DNA of 32,000 nt from Candidatus Saccharimonadota bacterium (GTDB taxonomy: Bacteria; Pseudomonadota; Gammaproteobacteria; Enterobacterales; Enterobacteriaceae), in contig NC_014909.2 in NCBI RefSeq assembly GCF_000185985.2, positions 360,001-392,000 on the forward strand, read 5' to 3'. Position 1 is the first letter of the stretch, and each line of letters opens with the position of its first letter. The translations under genes were made by a program, and so were the position numbers. Positions 11,201 to 22,316 of the stretch are shown here, piece by piece. The notes beneath the pieces were generated by a model. The model was not told where the DNA came from. It saw only the letters and a program-made list of their open reading frames with translations, and ran no database searches.

Positions 11201-11571
11201 ACTAGTTATTTTTTTTATTTAATCAGATATATATTGATTTTTTGATAAGTAGTATATTGTTATTTAATTATATTTTTATTAAGATCTTGTCATCAGTGTT
11301 ATTTTATTAAAAATTAAATATAAAATTTGTTACTAGAATTATTAATCTTTTAATAATATGCAAAACATCGCATGACATATAATTTAATTATTTGCTATAA
11401 TTTTCCCATTATAAATTATTTTGTATGTAAAAATAATATTTTAAATTTAAAATAATGTTATTATGTAACTAATTGAATTTAATATTATTAAATAATTATT
11501 AAATAAATTATACTAATAATTGTTAAGATTCTAAGAATATTCATATAATTACGTAAACAAAAAGAGCGTAC

Positions 11572-11958
11572 ATGTTAAACAATAATTTAAAATTTATACA
11601 ACTAGATATAAAAACTATAAAATTTCCTATTACTGCAATAGCTTCAATTCTTCATAGAATTTCCGGAATTTTTTTATTTATAATGATTGGCCCAATATTA
11701 TGGGTATTAAGAAAATCTTTACATTCTGAAGATAATTTTTATAAAATTAGCAATTTGTTATTAATAAATAATTATCTGTTTTTATTTGTAAAATGGAGTG
11801 TGACTATAGCACTGAGTTATCATATAATTTTTGGAATACGACAAATGTTAATGGATTTTGGATTCCTTAAACAAACGTTATTAGTAGGAAAAATTAGTGC
11901 AATCATTGTGTTTATATTGGTAATTTCTTTATTTATTTATATTGAACTATTTCTATAA
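11572..11958 (+). CDS. sdhC: Succinate dehydrogenase cytochrome b556 subunit
   Basis: 128 aa. IKFPITAIASILHRISG matches E. coli IRFPITAIASILHRVSG. First gene of the sdhCDAB cluster. Confidence 0.95.
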   Translation: MLNNNLKFIQLDIKTIKFPITAIASILHRISGIFLFIMIGPILWVLRKSLHSEDNFYKISNLLLINNYLFLFVKWSVTIALSYHIIFGIRQMLMDFGFLKQTLLVGKISAIIVFILVISLFIYIELFL

Positions 11959-12311
11959 TGGTATTTATAAAAAAATTAAATTTATTAAAAAAACATGGAG
12001 TCTATGAATGGTTAATAGTACGATTCTCAGCCATGTTAATGATATTATATATATTGTATATACTAAATTTCATGTGTTTTAATCATAATGTATCTTATGA
12101 ACAATGGCGTAGTTTTTTTTATAGTAATAAAATTCGACTGTTTAGTATAATAATCTTATTTTTTGTTTTACAGCATACCTGGATTGGAATAAGACACGTA
12201 TTAGAAGATTATATAAAATCAGTTCAATTTAAAAGATTAGGAATGAAATTAATTGGTATTGTAATATATACATACTTATTATCAGGAATAGTAATTATTT
12301 GGGGAGTATAA
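11958..12311 (+). CDS. sdhD: Succinate dehydrogenase hydrophobic membrane anchor subunit
   Basis: 117 aa with 3 predicted TM helices. TAATG overlap with the sdhC stop. Its position between sdhC and sdhA is as expected. Confidence 0.9.
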   Translation: MVFIKKLNLLKKHGVYEWLIVRFSAMLMILYILYILNFMCFNHNVSYEQWRSFFYSNKIRLFSIIILFFVLQHTWIGIRHVLEDYIKSVQFKRLGMKLIGIVIYTYLLSGIVIIWGV

Positions 12312-12313
12312 GC

Positions 12314-14119
12314 ATGGTAAATTATAATAATTTACCAGTAAAAGAATTTTTTTCTGTTATTATAGGTGCTGGAGGAGCTGGCATGCGTGTTGCGTTATAT
12401 ATTTCTCAATTGGGATTTTCTTGTGCTTTAATTTCTAAGGTATTTCCAACTCGATCACATACAGTATCTGCTCAAGGAGGTATTACTGTAGCTCTTGGCA
12501 ACCAACATGAAGATAATTGGGAATGGCATATGTATGATACAGTAAAGGGATCTGATTACATAGGAGATCAAAATGCTATCGAATATATGTGTAAAACAGG
12601 ACCACAAGCTATTATAGAATTAGAACGTATGGGATTACCATTTTCTAGATTAAAAAATGGACGTATTTATCAGAGACCCTTTGGGGGTCAAACCTTGTTT
12701 TATGGGAAAAAACAAGCTGCTCGAACTGCATCTTCTGCTGATAGAACCGGACATGCGTTGCTCCATACGTTATATCAACAGAATTTAAAAAATAAAACTA
12801 TTATATTTTCAGAATGGTATGCGTTGGATTTAGTGAAAAATCAAGATGGAAGAGTACTTGGTTGTGTTGCTTTTTCTATTGAAACTGGAGAATTAATATA
12901 TTTCAAAGCTCGAGCCACCGTTATTGCAACTGGAGGAGCTGGCCGAATTTATCAATCTACTACTAATGCGTATATCAATACAGGAGATGGAATTGGAATG
13001 GCATTACGAGCTGAAATTCCTGTTCAAGATATGGAAATGTGGCAATTTCATCCTACTGGGATAGCTGGTATTGGCATTTTAGTGAGTGAAGGATGTAGAG
13101 GAGAAGGTGGATATTTATTAAACATTAATGGGGAAAAATTTATGGAGCGATATGCTCCTAATGCTAAAGATTTAGCCGGACGAGATGTAGTATCTAGAGC
13201 AATTATTATTGAAATTCGAGAAGGCAGGGGTTATTCGGATATATATTATGGACCTCATGTTAAATTAAAATTAGATCATTTAGGTAAAGAATTATTGGAA
13301 TTACGTTTACCAGGAATTTTAGAATTAGTTCGTACTTTTGCTAATATTGATCCTGTAAAAGAATTAATTCCAGTTTTTCCAACGTGCCATTATATGATGG
13401 GAGGTATTCCGACGACCATTCATGGACAAGTAATTACTATCAATAATGAAAAAGAAAAATACGATAGAATAGTTCCAGGTTTGTTTGCAGTTGGAGAAAC
13501 TGCTTGCGTATCAGTACATGGTGCTAATAGATTAGGGGGAAATTCTTTACTAGATTTAATAGTATTTGGTCATGCTACAGGATTATGTATACATAAATAT
13601 ATTTTAGAGGAAGAATGGCCACCTGCCAGAAATGCTACTGCTTCCGATATAGAAAAATCTTTGTCTCGTTATATTAAATGGAATAGTGATACTCAGTTAG
13701 GATCAAATAAAGAAAGTCCTGAAAAAATAAGAAAAGATTTACAATGGTGCATGCAAAATAATTTTTCAGTTTTTCGAGAAGAAAAAACAATGTTAAGGGG
13801 ATTAGAAGAATTAAAAGAAATGAAAGAAAGATTAAGTAATGTTACTTTACAAGATAAAACTCAACAATTCAATACTCAACGTATTGAATGTTTGGAACTA
13901 GAAAATTTATTAGAAATTGCGTATGCCACTGCAATATCTGCTCTTTTTAGAAAAGAAAGCAGAGGAGCACATAGTAGATATGATTTTCCTTTTAGAGATG
14001 ATAAAAATTGGTTATGCCATACATTATTTTTACCGAAAAATAATATTATGATTCGTAGAAACGTAAATATGCAGCCAAAATTTCGGCCCGCTTTTTTACC
14101 CAAAGCTCGTTTATATTAA
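12314..14119 (+). CDS. sdhA: Succinate dehydrogenase flavoprotein subunit
   Basis: [29 protein letters not shown] is near-identical to E. coli SdhA. I place the start at ATG 12314, with GGAG 8 nt upstream and 2 nt after the sdhD stop. The track start at 12299 is a TTG inside sdhD. Confidence 0.96.
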   Translation: MVNYNNLPVKEFFSVIIGAGGAGMRVALYISQLGFSCALISKVFPTRSHTVSAQGGITVALGNQHEDNWEWHMYDTVKGSDYIGDQNAIEYMCKTGPQAIIELERMGLPFSRLKNGRIYQRPFGGQTLFYGKKQAARTASSADRTGHALLHTLYQQNLKNKTIIFSEWYALDLVKNQDGRVLGCVAFSIETGELIYFKARATVIATGGAGRIYQSTTNAYINTGDGIGMALRAEIPVQDMEMWQFHPTGIAGIGILVSEGCRGEGGYLLNINGEKFMERYAPNAKDLAGRDVVSRAIIIEIREGRGYSDIYYGPHVKLKLDHLGKELLELRLPGILELVRTFANIDPVKELIPVFPTCHYMMGGIPTTIHGQVITINNEKEKYDRIVPGLFAVGETACVSVHGANRLGGNSLLDLIVFGHATGLCIHKYILEEEWPPARNATASDIEKSLSRYIKWNSDTQLGSNKESPEKIRKDLQWCMQNNFSVFREEKTMLRGLEELKEMKERLSNVTLQDKTQQFNTQRIECLELENLLEIAYATAISALFRKESRGAHSRYDFPFRDDKNWLCHTLFLPKNNIMIRRNVNMQPKFRPAFLPKARLY

Positions 14120-14130
14120 AATAGAAAAAT

Positions 14131-14856
14131 ATGAAAATAAAATTTTCAATTTATCGGTTTTGTCCTGAACTTAATAAAGTTCCTTATATGCAAGAATTTC
14201 AAATTAATCTTATAAATATATATAGAATGACACTGCTAGATGCTTTAATTCAATTAAAAGAACATGATCCTACTTTAACATTTCGGAGATCTTGCCGAGA
14301 AGGGGTATGCGGATCAGACGGAATGAATATAAATGGTACAAATAACCTTGCGTGTATTACATCATTGACGGAGTTAATCAATAGGAATCCACAAAAAAAG
14401 ATTATTATTAGACCATTACCTGGGTTTCCAGTAATTCGAGATTTAGTAGTAGATATGAGTCAATTTTACTTACAATATCAAAAAATAAATCCCTATTTAA
14501 TTAATAAGGATATTAATAAACCATCTCATGAATATTTGCAATCTCCAGAAGATAGAGCTAAATTAGATGGGTCTTATGAATGTATATTGTGCGCATGTTG
14601 TTCTAGTTCTTGTCCTTCGTTTTGGTGGAATTCAGATAAATTTATTGGCCCTGCTGGGTTATTAACATTATATCGGTTTTTAGTGGATACTAGGGATACT
14701 CACAGTAAAGAACGATTAAAAGAGTTACAAGATTCTTTTAGTGTTTTTAGATGTCATAATATTATGAATTGCGTTAGTGTATGCCCAAAAAAATTAAACC
14801 CAGCTCAAGCTATAGGCAAAATTAAAAGAATGTTAGTTAAAAACATTATTAAATAA
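14131..14856 (+). CDS. sdhB: Succinate dehydrogenase iron-sulfur subunit
   Basis: 241 aa with Fe-S cysteine clusters (CREGVCGSDGMNING.NLAC, CILCACCSSSCPSFWWN, CHNIMNCVSVCPK). Confidence 0.96.
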   Translation: MKIKFSIYRFCPELNKVPYMQEFQINLINIYRMTLLDALIQLKEHDPTLTFRRSCREGVCGSDGMNINGTNNLACITSLTELINRNPQKKIIIRPLPGFPVIRDLVVDMSQFYLQYQKINPYLINKDINKPSHEYLQSPEDRAKLDGSYECILCACCSSSCPSFWWNSDKFIGPAGLLTLYRFLVDTRDTHSKERLKELQDSFSVFRCHNIMNCVSVCPKKLNPAQAIGKIKRMLVKNIIK

Positions 14857-14982
14857 TAATTTCAAATCTAAGTCCGTATGTGGTTAATGCACATACATAT
14901 AAAATATTATGACAGATAACAAATTATTTATAAAATTAGTGTATATTCGTTTGAATATACTTATTAAAAATAGGACTTTATA

Positions 14983-17886
14983 ATGTATCGTGATATATTA
15001 GAAAAGCAGATGAATTCTTCTTTTTTGACTAGAAATAATCAATCGTATATTAATCAGATTTATGAAATCTTTTTAAAAGATCCTAGCTCTGTTGATTCTG
15101 ATTGGAGAAATGTGTTTCAAAAATGGATTTTTGAAACACAATACGAGCAGGATCAACGTTCTTCAGATGTAAAACTAAACAAAATACCAGGAGAATATAC
15201 TAAATATAAAAAAAATCAAATCTCAAAATCAACAAAATCAAATAATAATATCATTGTAGTTGTAGAAAAAATATTAAAATTAATTAATTCTTTTAGAATA
15301 TATGGACATCAATATGCAAAATTAGATCCATTAGGATTATCTGTAAATAAAAATAAAAGTAATTTTTTGGAATTAGAATATTATAAATTTGAAAATGAAG
15401 ATTTATATCGATTGTATGACACTAATCTTTTAGGAATTTCAAAAGGATTTATGACGATAGAAGACATACATCAATTTTTTAAAAAAATTTATTGCAGAAC
15501 TATTGGTTTTGAATATATGCATATTCTAGATTCTACTATAGTTTTTTGGATTCAAAAACAAATTGAATCTATCACAAATATATCTGAGGATTTAAATAAT
15601 GCAGATCAGCAACAATTTCTTAAAGAAATTATTGCTGCAGATAAATTAGAACATTATTTAGGAATAAAATTTCCTGGGGCAAAACGATTTTCGTTAGAAG
15701 GAGGAGATGTGTTAATCCCTATGTTAAAGGAGATAATACGTTATTCCGCTTTCAAACATGAAATTAAAGAAATATTTCTTGGAATGGCTCATAGAGGCCG
15801 ATTGAATGTATTGGTTAATGTTTTGGGCAAAACTCTTCAAGATTTAATTGATGAATTTTATGGGAAGAATTTGTCGAATAATCAAAGTGGAGATGTAAAA
15901 TATCATCAAGGTTTATACTCAGATATTGTTATTAACAAACACAACGTAAGTTTATTTTTATTATTTAATCCATCGCATTTAGAAATTGTTACCCCAGTGG
16001 TAATGGGAGCAGCACGATCGAGAATAGATCAATTAAATTATCGCACTATATCTCAATCTATTAAAAATATTAATTTAAAATTACAAAATAATACGGTATT
16101 GCCGATTGTAATACATGGAGATGCTGCTATTAGCGCTCAAGGAGTAGTCCAAGAATCATTTAATATGGCTAATACCCGAGCTTATGGAATAGGAGGAACA
16201 GTCCATATTGTAATTAATAACCAAATTGGGTTTACTACGTCTAATATTTATGATCTTAGATCTACTTCATATTGTACTGATATAGCAAAGATGATACAAG
16301 CTCCTATTGTGCATATAAATGCTGATGATGTAAATGCAGTTATATTTGTCACTAGATTTGCATTAAATTTTAGAAAAAAATTTAACAAAGATATAGTGAT
16401 TGATTTAGTTTGTTATCGTAGACATGGACATAATGAAGCAGATGAACCTAGTGTCACCCAACCTGTAATGTATCAAAAAATTCATAACCACTTAAAGGTT
16501 GTTGATATTTATGCTCAATTTTTGCATAAAAATAAAATAATAGATATGGATAAAATCCAAGATATGATTCAAGTATATCGTTCCAAATTAGAACATAAAC
16601 AACACTGTATGATTGAAAATTGGAATCCTACTAACGTTCGATCTACATATCATCCTAATGATCATAATGATCTTAATCAAAAAACAGATTATTTTGTTTT
16701 GAAGCAAATAAGTAAAAAATATTTACAAGATTTAGCGTATTGTATTAGCAATATTCCACCGAATTTTTTACTTCATGAAAGAGTAAAAAAAATTTACGCT
16801 GAACGAATTGAGATGGCGTTAGGAAAAAGGTTGTTCGATTGGGGAGGAGCTGAAATTTTAGCATATGCTGTATTATTAAAGGAAGGTTATTCTATTAGGT
16901 TATCAGGCGAAGATGTAGCGCGAGGCACGTTTTTTCATAGACACGCAATAATATATGACCAAACTCATGGCTCAAAGTACATTCCATTAATGAATATTCA
17001 AAAAAAACAAGGATCATTTTTAATTTGGGATTCAGTATTATCTGAAGAATCAGCCTTAGCATTTGAATATGGATATTCTATTATTTCTTCAAAAAATACT
17101 TTAGTAATCTGGGAAGCTCAATTTGGAGATTTCTCTAACGGAGCTCAAGTAGTTATTGACCAATTTATTAGTTCTGGGAAACAAAAATGGAATCAATCGT
17201 GTGGATTAGTGATGTTACTACCTCATGGGTATGAAGGACAAGGACCAGAACATTCTTCTTGTCGTATAGAAAGATATTTACAATTATGTGCTGAAAATAA
17301 TATTAGACTTTGTGTTCCTTCTACCCCAGCTCAAATCTATCATGTATTACATCAACAAATGAAAAATTCTATACAAATACCATTAATTATTATATCTCCA
17401 AAATCCTTATTAAGAAATGCAATGGCAACTTCTTCAATAGAGGATTTAACATATGGCTCCTTTAATACAATTTTTAAAGAAACGAATAATTGTTGTATCT
17501 TGAATCAAATAAATAAGGTAATTATGTGTACTGGAAAGGTATACTATGATTTATTAAGTAGTCGGGATAAAGAGCGTTTATATACTATAGCTATAATACG
17601 TATTGAGCAATTATATCCCTTTCCTTATTCTGATATAATAAAAATTATAAATCAATCGTATAGTCATGTAAAAAATTTTATTTGGTGTCAAGAAGAGCCA
17701 GAAAATCAAGGAGCTTGGTATTATATACAACGTTGTTTTTGTAAGTGTATTACAAAATTAAATATGAATATTACACTACATTATGTAGGACGAGATGCAT
17801 CAGCTTCCCCTGCTTCGGGGTATTTTGCTATACATCAAGCACAACAAAAAAAAATAATTAATACTGCGATAAGAAGTATAATATGA
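14983..17886 (+). CDS. sucA: 2-oxoglutarate dehydrogenase E1 component
   Basis: 967 aa. The N-terminus is colinear with E. coli SucA (..NQSYINQIYEIFLKDPSSVDSDWRNVF). Carries the RFSLEGG, GMAHRGRLNVL and HGDAA TPP-binding motifs. Confidence 0.96.
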   Translation: MYRDILEKQMNSSFLTRNNQSYINQIYEIFLKDPSSVDSDWRNVFQKWIFETQYEQDQRSSDVKLNKIPGEYTKYKKNQISKSTKSNNNIIVVVEKILKLINSFRIYGHQYAKLDPLGLSVNKNKSNFLELEYYKFENEDLYRLYDTNLLGISKGFMTIEDIHQFFKKIYCRTIGFEYMHILDSTIVFWIQKQIESITNISEDLNNADQQQFLKEIIAADKLEHYLGIKFPGAKRFSLEGGDVLIPMLKEIIRYSAFKHEIKEIFLGMAHRGRLNVLVNVLGKTLQDLIDEFYGKNLSNNQSGDVKYHQGLYSDIVINKHNVSLFLLFNPSHLEIVTPVVMGAARSRIDQLNYRTISQSIKNINLKLQNNTVLPIVIHGDAAISAQGVVQESFNMANTRAYGIGGTVHIVINNQIGFTTSNIYDLRSTSYCTDIAKMIQAPIVHINADDVNAVIFVTRFALNFRKKFNKDIVIDLVCYRRHGHNEADEPSVTQPVMYQKIHNHLKVVDIYAQFLHKNKIIDMDKIQDMIQVYRSKLEHKQHCMIENWNPTNVRSTYHPNDHNDLNQKTDYFVLKQISKKYLQDLAYCISNIPPNFLLHERVKKIYAERIEMALGKRLFDWGGAEILAYAVLLKEGYSIRLSGEDVARGTFFHRHAIIYDQTHGSKYIPLMNIQKKQGSFLIWDSVLSEESALAFEYGYSIISSKNTLVIWEAQFGDFSNGAQVVIDQFISSGKQKWNQSCGLVMLLPHGYEGQGPEHSSCRIERYLQLCAENNIRLCVPSTPAQIYHVLHQQMKNSIQIPLIIISPKSLLRNAMATSSIEDLTYGSFNTIFKETNNCCILNQINKVIMCTGKVYYDLLSSRDKERLYTIAIIRIEQLYPFPYSDIIKIINQSYSHVKNFIWCQEEPENQGAWYYIQRCFCKCITKLNMNITLHYVGRDASASPASGYFAIHQAQQKKIINTAIRSII

Positions 17887-17905
17887 ATAATAAAAAGGAT
17901 AAAAC

Positions 17906-19225
17906 ATGATTGATAGTAGTAATAGTTTAGAAATTTTAGTGCCTAATTTACCTGAATCTGTTGAAGATGCTACTGTTGCTGTATGGCATAAAAAAGAGGG
18001 AGATAAAATTCAACAAGATGAAATCTTACTTGAAATTGAAACAGATAAAATTATGTTAGAAATTCCAGCGTCTCAAAATGGAACATTAGAAATGATATTG
18101 GAAAAGGAAGGGTCTATTGTTAGAGCTGGGCAAATCTTAGCTCGTTTAAAATTGAATAAAAATATAGTTGCTATGAAAGAATCTAAATTAAATCCACTCA
18201 TTTCTAATAAAGACTATAATAACCAAAATATAGCTCTGAATTTTAATTATACTTCTTCTGATCAAAAATGTGCCCAAATTAAACAAGAGAATAATAGCAC
18301 TACTTTTTTACTAAAAAACTTAAGCCCTTCTATTAAAAAATTAATTACTGAATATAATCTCAATATAAAAGAAATAAAAGGAACAGGCATAAAAGGACGT
18401 ATCACTAGGCAAGATATAGAAACATACATAAAGACAAAATTAGCACAAAGCAACAATATTACCGATCCTGATGCCAATATAAATATTAATATTCAAGACA
18501 ATAATATTAGTGATGTTTCTGGTAATAGAAAAGATACTCGAATTTCGATGAATCGTTTACGAAAAAAGATTGCAGAACGTTTATTATATGTCACTAATTC
18601 TACGGCTATGCTCACTACATTTAATGAAGTAAACATGCAATCTATTATATCTTTACGTAATAAATATAATAAATTATTCATAGAACGACATGGTACTAAA
18701 TTAGGATTTATGTCATTTTTTATAAAATCAGTATTAGAAGGCTTAAGACGTTTTCCTGAAATTAACGCTTGTATTGATGGGGATGATATAGTATATCATA
18801 CTTATTTTGATATAAGTATTGCAGTTTCTACAGAACGTGGATTGGTTACTCCAGTATTAAGAAATGTAAATAAATTAAGTATCTCGAATATTGAAAAGCA
18901 AATTAAATTTTTATCTGAAAAAAGTCGAAAAGGAAAATTAACGTTGGAAGAATTAACTGGAGGAAATTTCACTATTACCAATGGAGGGATTTTTGGCTCT
19001 TTAATGTCTACGCCTATCATTAATCCTCCCCAAAGTGCTATTCTTGGAATGCATACCATTACAGAACGACCAATGGCTATAAATGGGCAAGTAATAATTT
19101 TACCTATGATGTACTTAGCATTATCATACGATCATAGATTAATAGACGGTAAAGATTCAGTAAGTTTTTTAAAAACGATAAAAGAATTAATAGAAGATCC
19201 AACTCGATTATTATTAGATATTTAA
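17906..19225 (+). CDS. sucB: Dihydrolipoyllysine-residue succinyltransferase (E2o)
   Basis: 439 aa. Has a lipoyl domain ([14 protein letters not shown]), an Asn-rich linker, an E3-binding segment, and a catalytic domain ending in [10 protein letters not shown]. Confidence 0.96.
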   Translation: MIDSSNSLEILVPNLPESVEDATVAVWHKKEGDKIQQDEILLEIETDKIMLEIPASQNGTLEMILEKEGSIVRAGQILARLKLNKNIVAMKESKLNPLISNKDYNNQNIALNFNYTSSDQKCAQIKQENNSTTFLLKNLSPSIKKLITEYNLNIKEIKGTGIKGRITRQDIETYIKTKLAQSNNITDPDANININIQDNNISDVSGNRKDTRISMNRLRKKIAERLLYVTNSTAMLTTFNEVNMQSIISLRNKYNKLFIERHGTKLGFMSFFIKSVLEGLRRFPEINACIDGDDIVYHTYFDISIAVSTERGLVTPVLRNVNKLSISNIEKQIKFLSEKSRKGKLTLEELTGGNFTITNGGIFGSLMSTPIINPPQSAILGMHTITERPMAINGQVIILPMMYLALSYDHRLIDGKDSVSFLKTIKELIEDPTRLLLDI

Positions 19226-19359
19226 GAACATGTAATAAATAAATTTTATTGCTATATTGCAATTTATTACAATACACGAAGAGAATTTATGTATGTTTTA
19301 TGGTGATATTATTTAAACAAAATATATGTAATATTTTTCCGTATCATGGTTAATTATAT

Positions 19360-20547
19360 ATGACTAATCTATACGAATATCAAGCAAAAAAATTATTTAG
19401 GAAATTTAAAATACCTATTTTGAAAAATTGGATTTTTTCTGATATCTCAGAAATTAAACATTGCACATCATCTGTGATTATGGATGGACCTCCATGGATA
19501 GTAAAATGCCAAATACATTCAGGAGGACGAGGAAAAGCTGGAGGAGTTAAAGTTGCAAATTCATTAGAAGATATATATTCTTTTGCTACCCATTGGCTTG
19601 GCAATCGACTAATTACTGACCAAACATCTAAAAAAGGAGATGTTGTAAATTATATCTTAGTAGAACCAGCAATCAAATTTATTAATGAATTTTATTTCAG
19701 TCTATTCATTGATAGAGATTCATCTCAAATTTTATGTATAGTTTCTGTGAAAGGAGGGATTGATATTGAAAATACAATAAATAAATCACCTGATTTAATT
19801 TTTAAGATCTCAATAGATCCCATGGTTGGAGCATATCCATATCAAGGTCGTATATTAGCAGATAAATTAAATTTAAAAGGGATAGAAATTAATAAATTTG
19901 TTCAAATTTATATTGATATTGTTCGAATGTTTCTAGAAAATGATTTAACTTTAGTAGAAATTAATCCATTTATTATTGATAATAACCATAACTTACTTTG
20001 TTTAGATGCTAAAGTTAGTGTCGATAGTAATTCGTTTTTTAGACAACCTAATTTGTTAAGTTTATGTTTAAATAAACACTCAACAAACAATTTAAATAAT
20101 AAATTAGTTCCTCTTTCTCAAGATCTTTCAATTAATTATGTTTCTTTACATGGAAACATAGGATGTATGGTAAATGGAGCTGGTTTAGCAATGGCTACTA
20201 TGGATTTAATAAAATCATTAGGTGGGGAACCAGCTAATTTTTTAGATATAGGTGGTGATACAGACATGGATTCTCTCATGTCTGCATTTACCATGATTTT
20301 AAAAAAAACATCGGTAAAAGCAGTATTTGTTAATATTTTTGGTGGTATTGTGTGTTGTGATTTAGTTGCGGATGGAATTATTGCTGTTTTAACTAAAAAT
20401 ATCAATAATCATGTTCCTGTTGTGATACGATTAGAAGGTAATAATGCTATTTTAGGTCATAAAAAATTAATAAATAGTAAATTAAATATATTTGTTGTTA
20501 ATAATTTATTAGATGCAGTGCATCACACTATAGAGTTAGTAAAATAA
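19360..20547 (+). CDS. sucC: Succinyl-CoA synthetase beta subunit
   Basis: 395 aa. [11 protein letters not shown] matches E. coli NLHEYQAKQLF. Also carries the [18 protein letters not shown] and ANFLDIGG motifs. Confidence 0.96.
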   Translation: MTNLYEYQAKKLFRKFKIPILKNWIFSDISEIKHCTSSVIMDGPPWIVKCQIHSGGRGKAGGVKVANSLEDIYSFATHWLGNRLITDQTSKKGDVVNYILVEPAIKFINEFYFSLFIDRDSSQILCIVSVKGGIDIENTINKSPDLIFKISIDPMVGAYPYQGRILADKLNLKGIEINKFVQIYIDIVRMFLENDLTLVEINPFIIDNNHNLLCLDAKVSVDSNSFFRQPNLLSLCLNKHSTNNLNNKLVPLSQDLSINYVSLHGNIGCMVNGAGLAMATMDLIKSLGGEPANFLDIGGDTDMDSLMSAFTMILKKTSVKAVFVNIFGGIVCCDLVADGIIAVLTKNINNHVPVVIRLEGNNAILGHKKLINSKLNIFVVNNLLDAVHHTIELVK

Positions 20548-20549
20548 AT

Positions 20550-21443
20550 ATGTCAATTTTAATAAACCGAAATACTAAAGTCATTTGTCAAGGTTTTACC
20601 GGAAAAAAAGCTAGTTTTCATTCTAAACAAGCATTATCTTATGGAACAAAAATAGTTGGTGGAGTGACTCCTGGGAAAGGAGGATCTATTCATCTTGGAC
20701 TTCCAGTATTTAATACTGTTTATGAAGCAATACAACAAACTCATGCTACTGCTTCTGTTATTTATGTACCAGCTCCTTTTTGTAAAGACGCCATTTTAGA
20801 AGCTATATACTCTAAAATACATTTAATAGTTTGTATTACAGAAGGTATTCCAATATTAGATATGTTAATAATTAAACAACAATTACAAAGACAAAATACA
20901 TGTATTATGATTGGCCCAAATTGTCCTGGTGTCATTACTCCAAAACAATGTAAAATTGGAATTATGCCTGATTATATTCATAATCCTGGTAATGTTGGAG
21001 TTATATCTAGATCAGGTACTTTAACTTATGAAGTAGTAAAACAAATAACAGATTCTGGGTTAGGACAATCAACTTGTGTTGGCATTGGAGGAGATCCAAT
21101 ATTAGGATCCAATTTTACTGATATTTTGAAATTATTTGAACAGGATACTCAAACTAAATTAATAATTATGATTGGGGAGATTGGAGGTAAATCTGAAGAA
21201 CAAGCTGCGACTTATATAAAAAAATATATGACGAAACCAATTATAGCATATATAGCAGGATCAACAGCTCCTAAAGGGAAGCGTATGGGCCATGCTGGAG
21301 CTATTATTTCAGGAAAAGGAACTAATGTATATGAAAAATATACGGCTTTATCTGAGGCTGGCGTATATATTGCTGAAAATTTTGTAAACATCGGGAAAAT
21401 GGCTAAAGAAATTTTAATAAAATATCAAGTCATTAAAGATTAA
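20550..21443 (+). CDS. sucD: Succinyl-CoA synthetase alpha subunit
   Basis: 297 aa with the [22 protein letters not shown] and GHAGAII (phosphohistidine loop) motifs. Confidence 0.96.
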   Translation: MSILINRNTKVICQGFTGKKASFHSKQALSYGTKIVGGVTPGKGGSIHLGLPVFNTVYEAIQQTHATASVIYVPAPFCKDAILEAIYSKIHLIVCITEGIPILDMLIIKQQLQRQNTCIMIGPNCPGVITPKQCKIGIMPDYIHNPGNVGVISRSGTLTYEVVKQITDSGLGQSTCVGIGGDPILGSNFTDILKLFEQDTQTKLIIMIGEIGGKSEEQAATYIKKYMTKPIIAYIAGSTAPKGKRMGHAGAIISGKGTNVYEKYTALSEAGVYIAENFVNIGKMAKEILIKYQVIKD

Positions 21444-21545
21444 TGAAAAGATTTAAAATCTATTAACTTTTAGATTTATACAAGCATTTCATAGAACTCA
21501 AATTAAAGTAAAGGAGAGTTTATTTATCTAATAATAATAATCGGT

Positions 21546-22316
21546 ATGAATATATTTGACTTGTTTTTTAAAACCAATATGCTAGTTCAATTTACTACAC
21601 TGTTATTAATTATATTTTCTATTATATCTTGGAGCATAATTTTTAATCGTATTTTTATCTTAAAAAAAGAACAGCGTAAATTAAAATTATTTGAAGATAG
21701 ATTTTGGGCTGGAATAGAACTATCAAATTTATATAAAGAAATATCAAATAGGAGAAATCGATTGAATAGCTCTGAACGTATTTTTTTTGTAGGTTTTAAG
21801 GAATTTTCTAAATTATATCATATAAAAAATCATTTACCTGAAGTAGTAACTAATAGAACATTGTGCGTTATGCATAATATAATGAATATTGAATTAGAGA
21901 TGTTAGAAAAGAATGTTCCTTTAATTGGAATAATTGGATCTATTAGTCCATATATTGGATTATTTGGTACTGTATTAGGAATAATACATGTTTTTTTAGA
22001 ATTAGGAAAAATAACTACCGAGCATACGGGAGGGACTCATATACAACTTATTGCTCCTGGAGTAGCTGAAGCATTAATTTCCACAGCAATAGGTCTGTTT
22101 GTAGCAATTCCAGCTGTTATGGCTTTTAATTACTTGACAATTCAAATTAATACTCTTAGTCAGAGTTACAATAATTTTATAGAAGAATTCATTGCTATAT
22201 TATATCGGCAAGTTCTTTTTAGCACTAATTCTACTTCTACCACAGTCAATAAGGACAATAAATATGTTGTTATATCAGCAACAAAAAAAGAACCAAAGAT
22301 TTCAGATTCAATCTGA
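21546..22316 (+). CDS. tolQ: Tol-Pal system protein TolQ, with a C-terminal extension of about 20 aa that overlaps tolR
   Basis: Colinear with E. coli TolQ through ..NNFIEEFIAILYRQ (FEDRFWAGIELS, GSISPYIGLFGTVLGI, APGVAEALISTAIGLF). The ORF then continues past the expected stop. Confidence 0.94.
   Translation: MNIFDLFFKTNMLVQFTTLLLIIFSIISWSIIFNRIFILKKEQRKLKLFEDRFWAGIELSNLYKEISNRRNRLNSSERIFFVGFKEFSKLYHIKNHLPEVVTNRTLCVMHNIMNIELEMLEKNVPLIGIIGSISPYIGLFGTVLGIIHVFLELGKITTEHTGGTHIQLIAPGVAEALISTAIGLFVAIPAVMAFNYLTIQINTLSQSYNNFIEEFIAILYRQVLFSTNSTSTTVNKDNKYVVISATKKEPKISDSI

Noticed and set aside
10327-11481. The motif AATTGAATTTA occurs three times in the desert (10327-10337, 10696-10706, 11471-11481), suggesting a dispersed repeat or binding site.
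   Set aside because: A rough estimate for this base composition predicts about one such 11-mer triple in 2 kb by chance. The flanks do not extend the similarity.
12299-12313. ORF-track start positions further upstream than homology supports: sdhA at 12299, tolR at 22192, pgl at 28188 and nagA at 5957.
   Set aside because: These are non-ATG or upstream starts that overlap the preceding gene or add residues with no counterpart in the E. coli orthologues. The ATGs at 12314, 22264, 28158 and 5942 match the orthologue N-termini.
13876-14103. A 75-aa ORF antisense to the 3' end of sdhA.
   Set aside because: It is a shadow ORF inside a strongly conserved gene, with a low-complexity, Lys/Phe-rich composition.
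18262-20405. Six antisense ORFs of 60-89 aa within sucB and sucC (18262-18477, 18493-18681, 18802-19059, 19380-19604, 19908-20090, 20136-20405).
   Set aside because: All of them are embedded antisense in genes whose products align end to end with E. coli SucB and SucC. There is no independent support.
21444-21545. A possible SdhX-like 3' UTR sRNA, or a terminator, after sucD. Small AT-rich hairpins lie around 21450-21475, and an AAGGAGAG lies 30 nt before tolQ.
   Set aside because: The hairpins have only 6-bp AT stems, some with loops too small to form. I cannot recognise the SdhX seed from memory. There is nothing that sequence alone supports.
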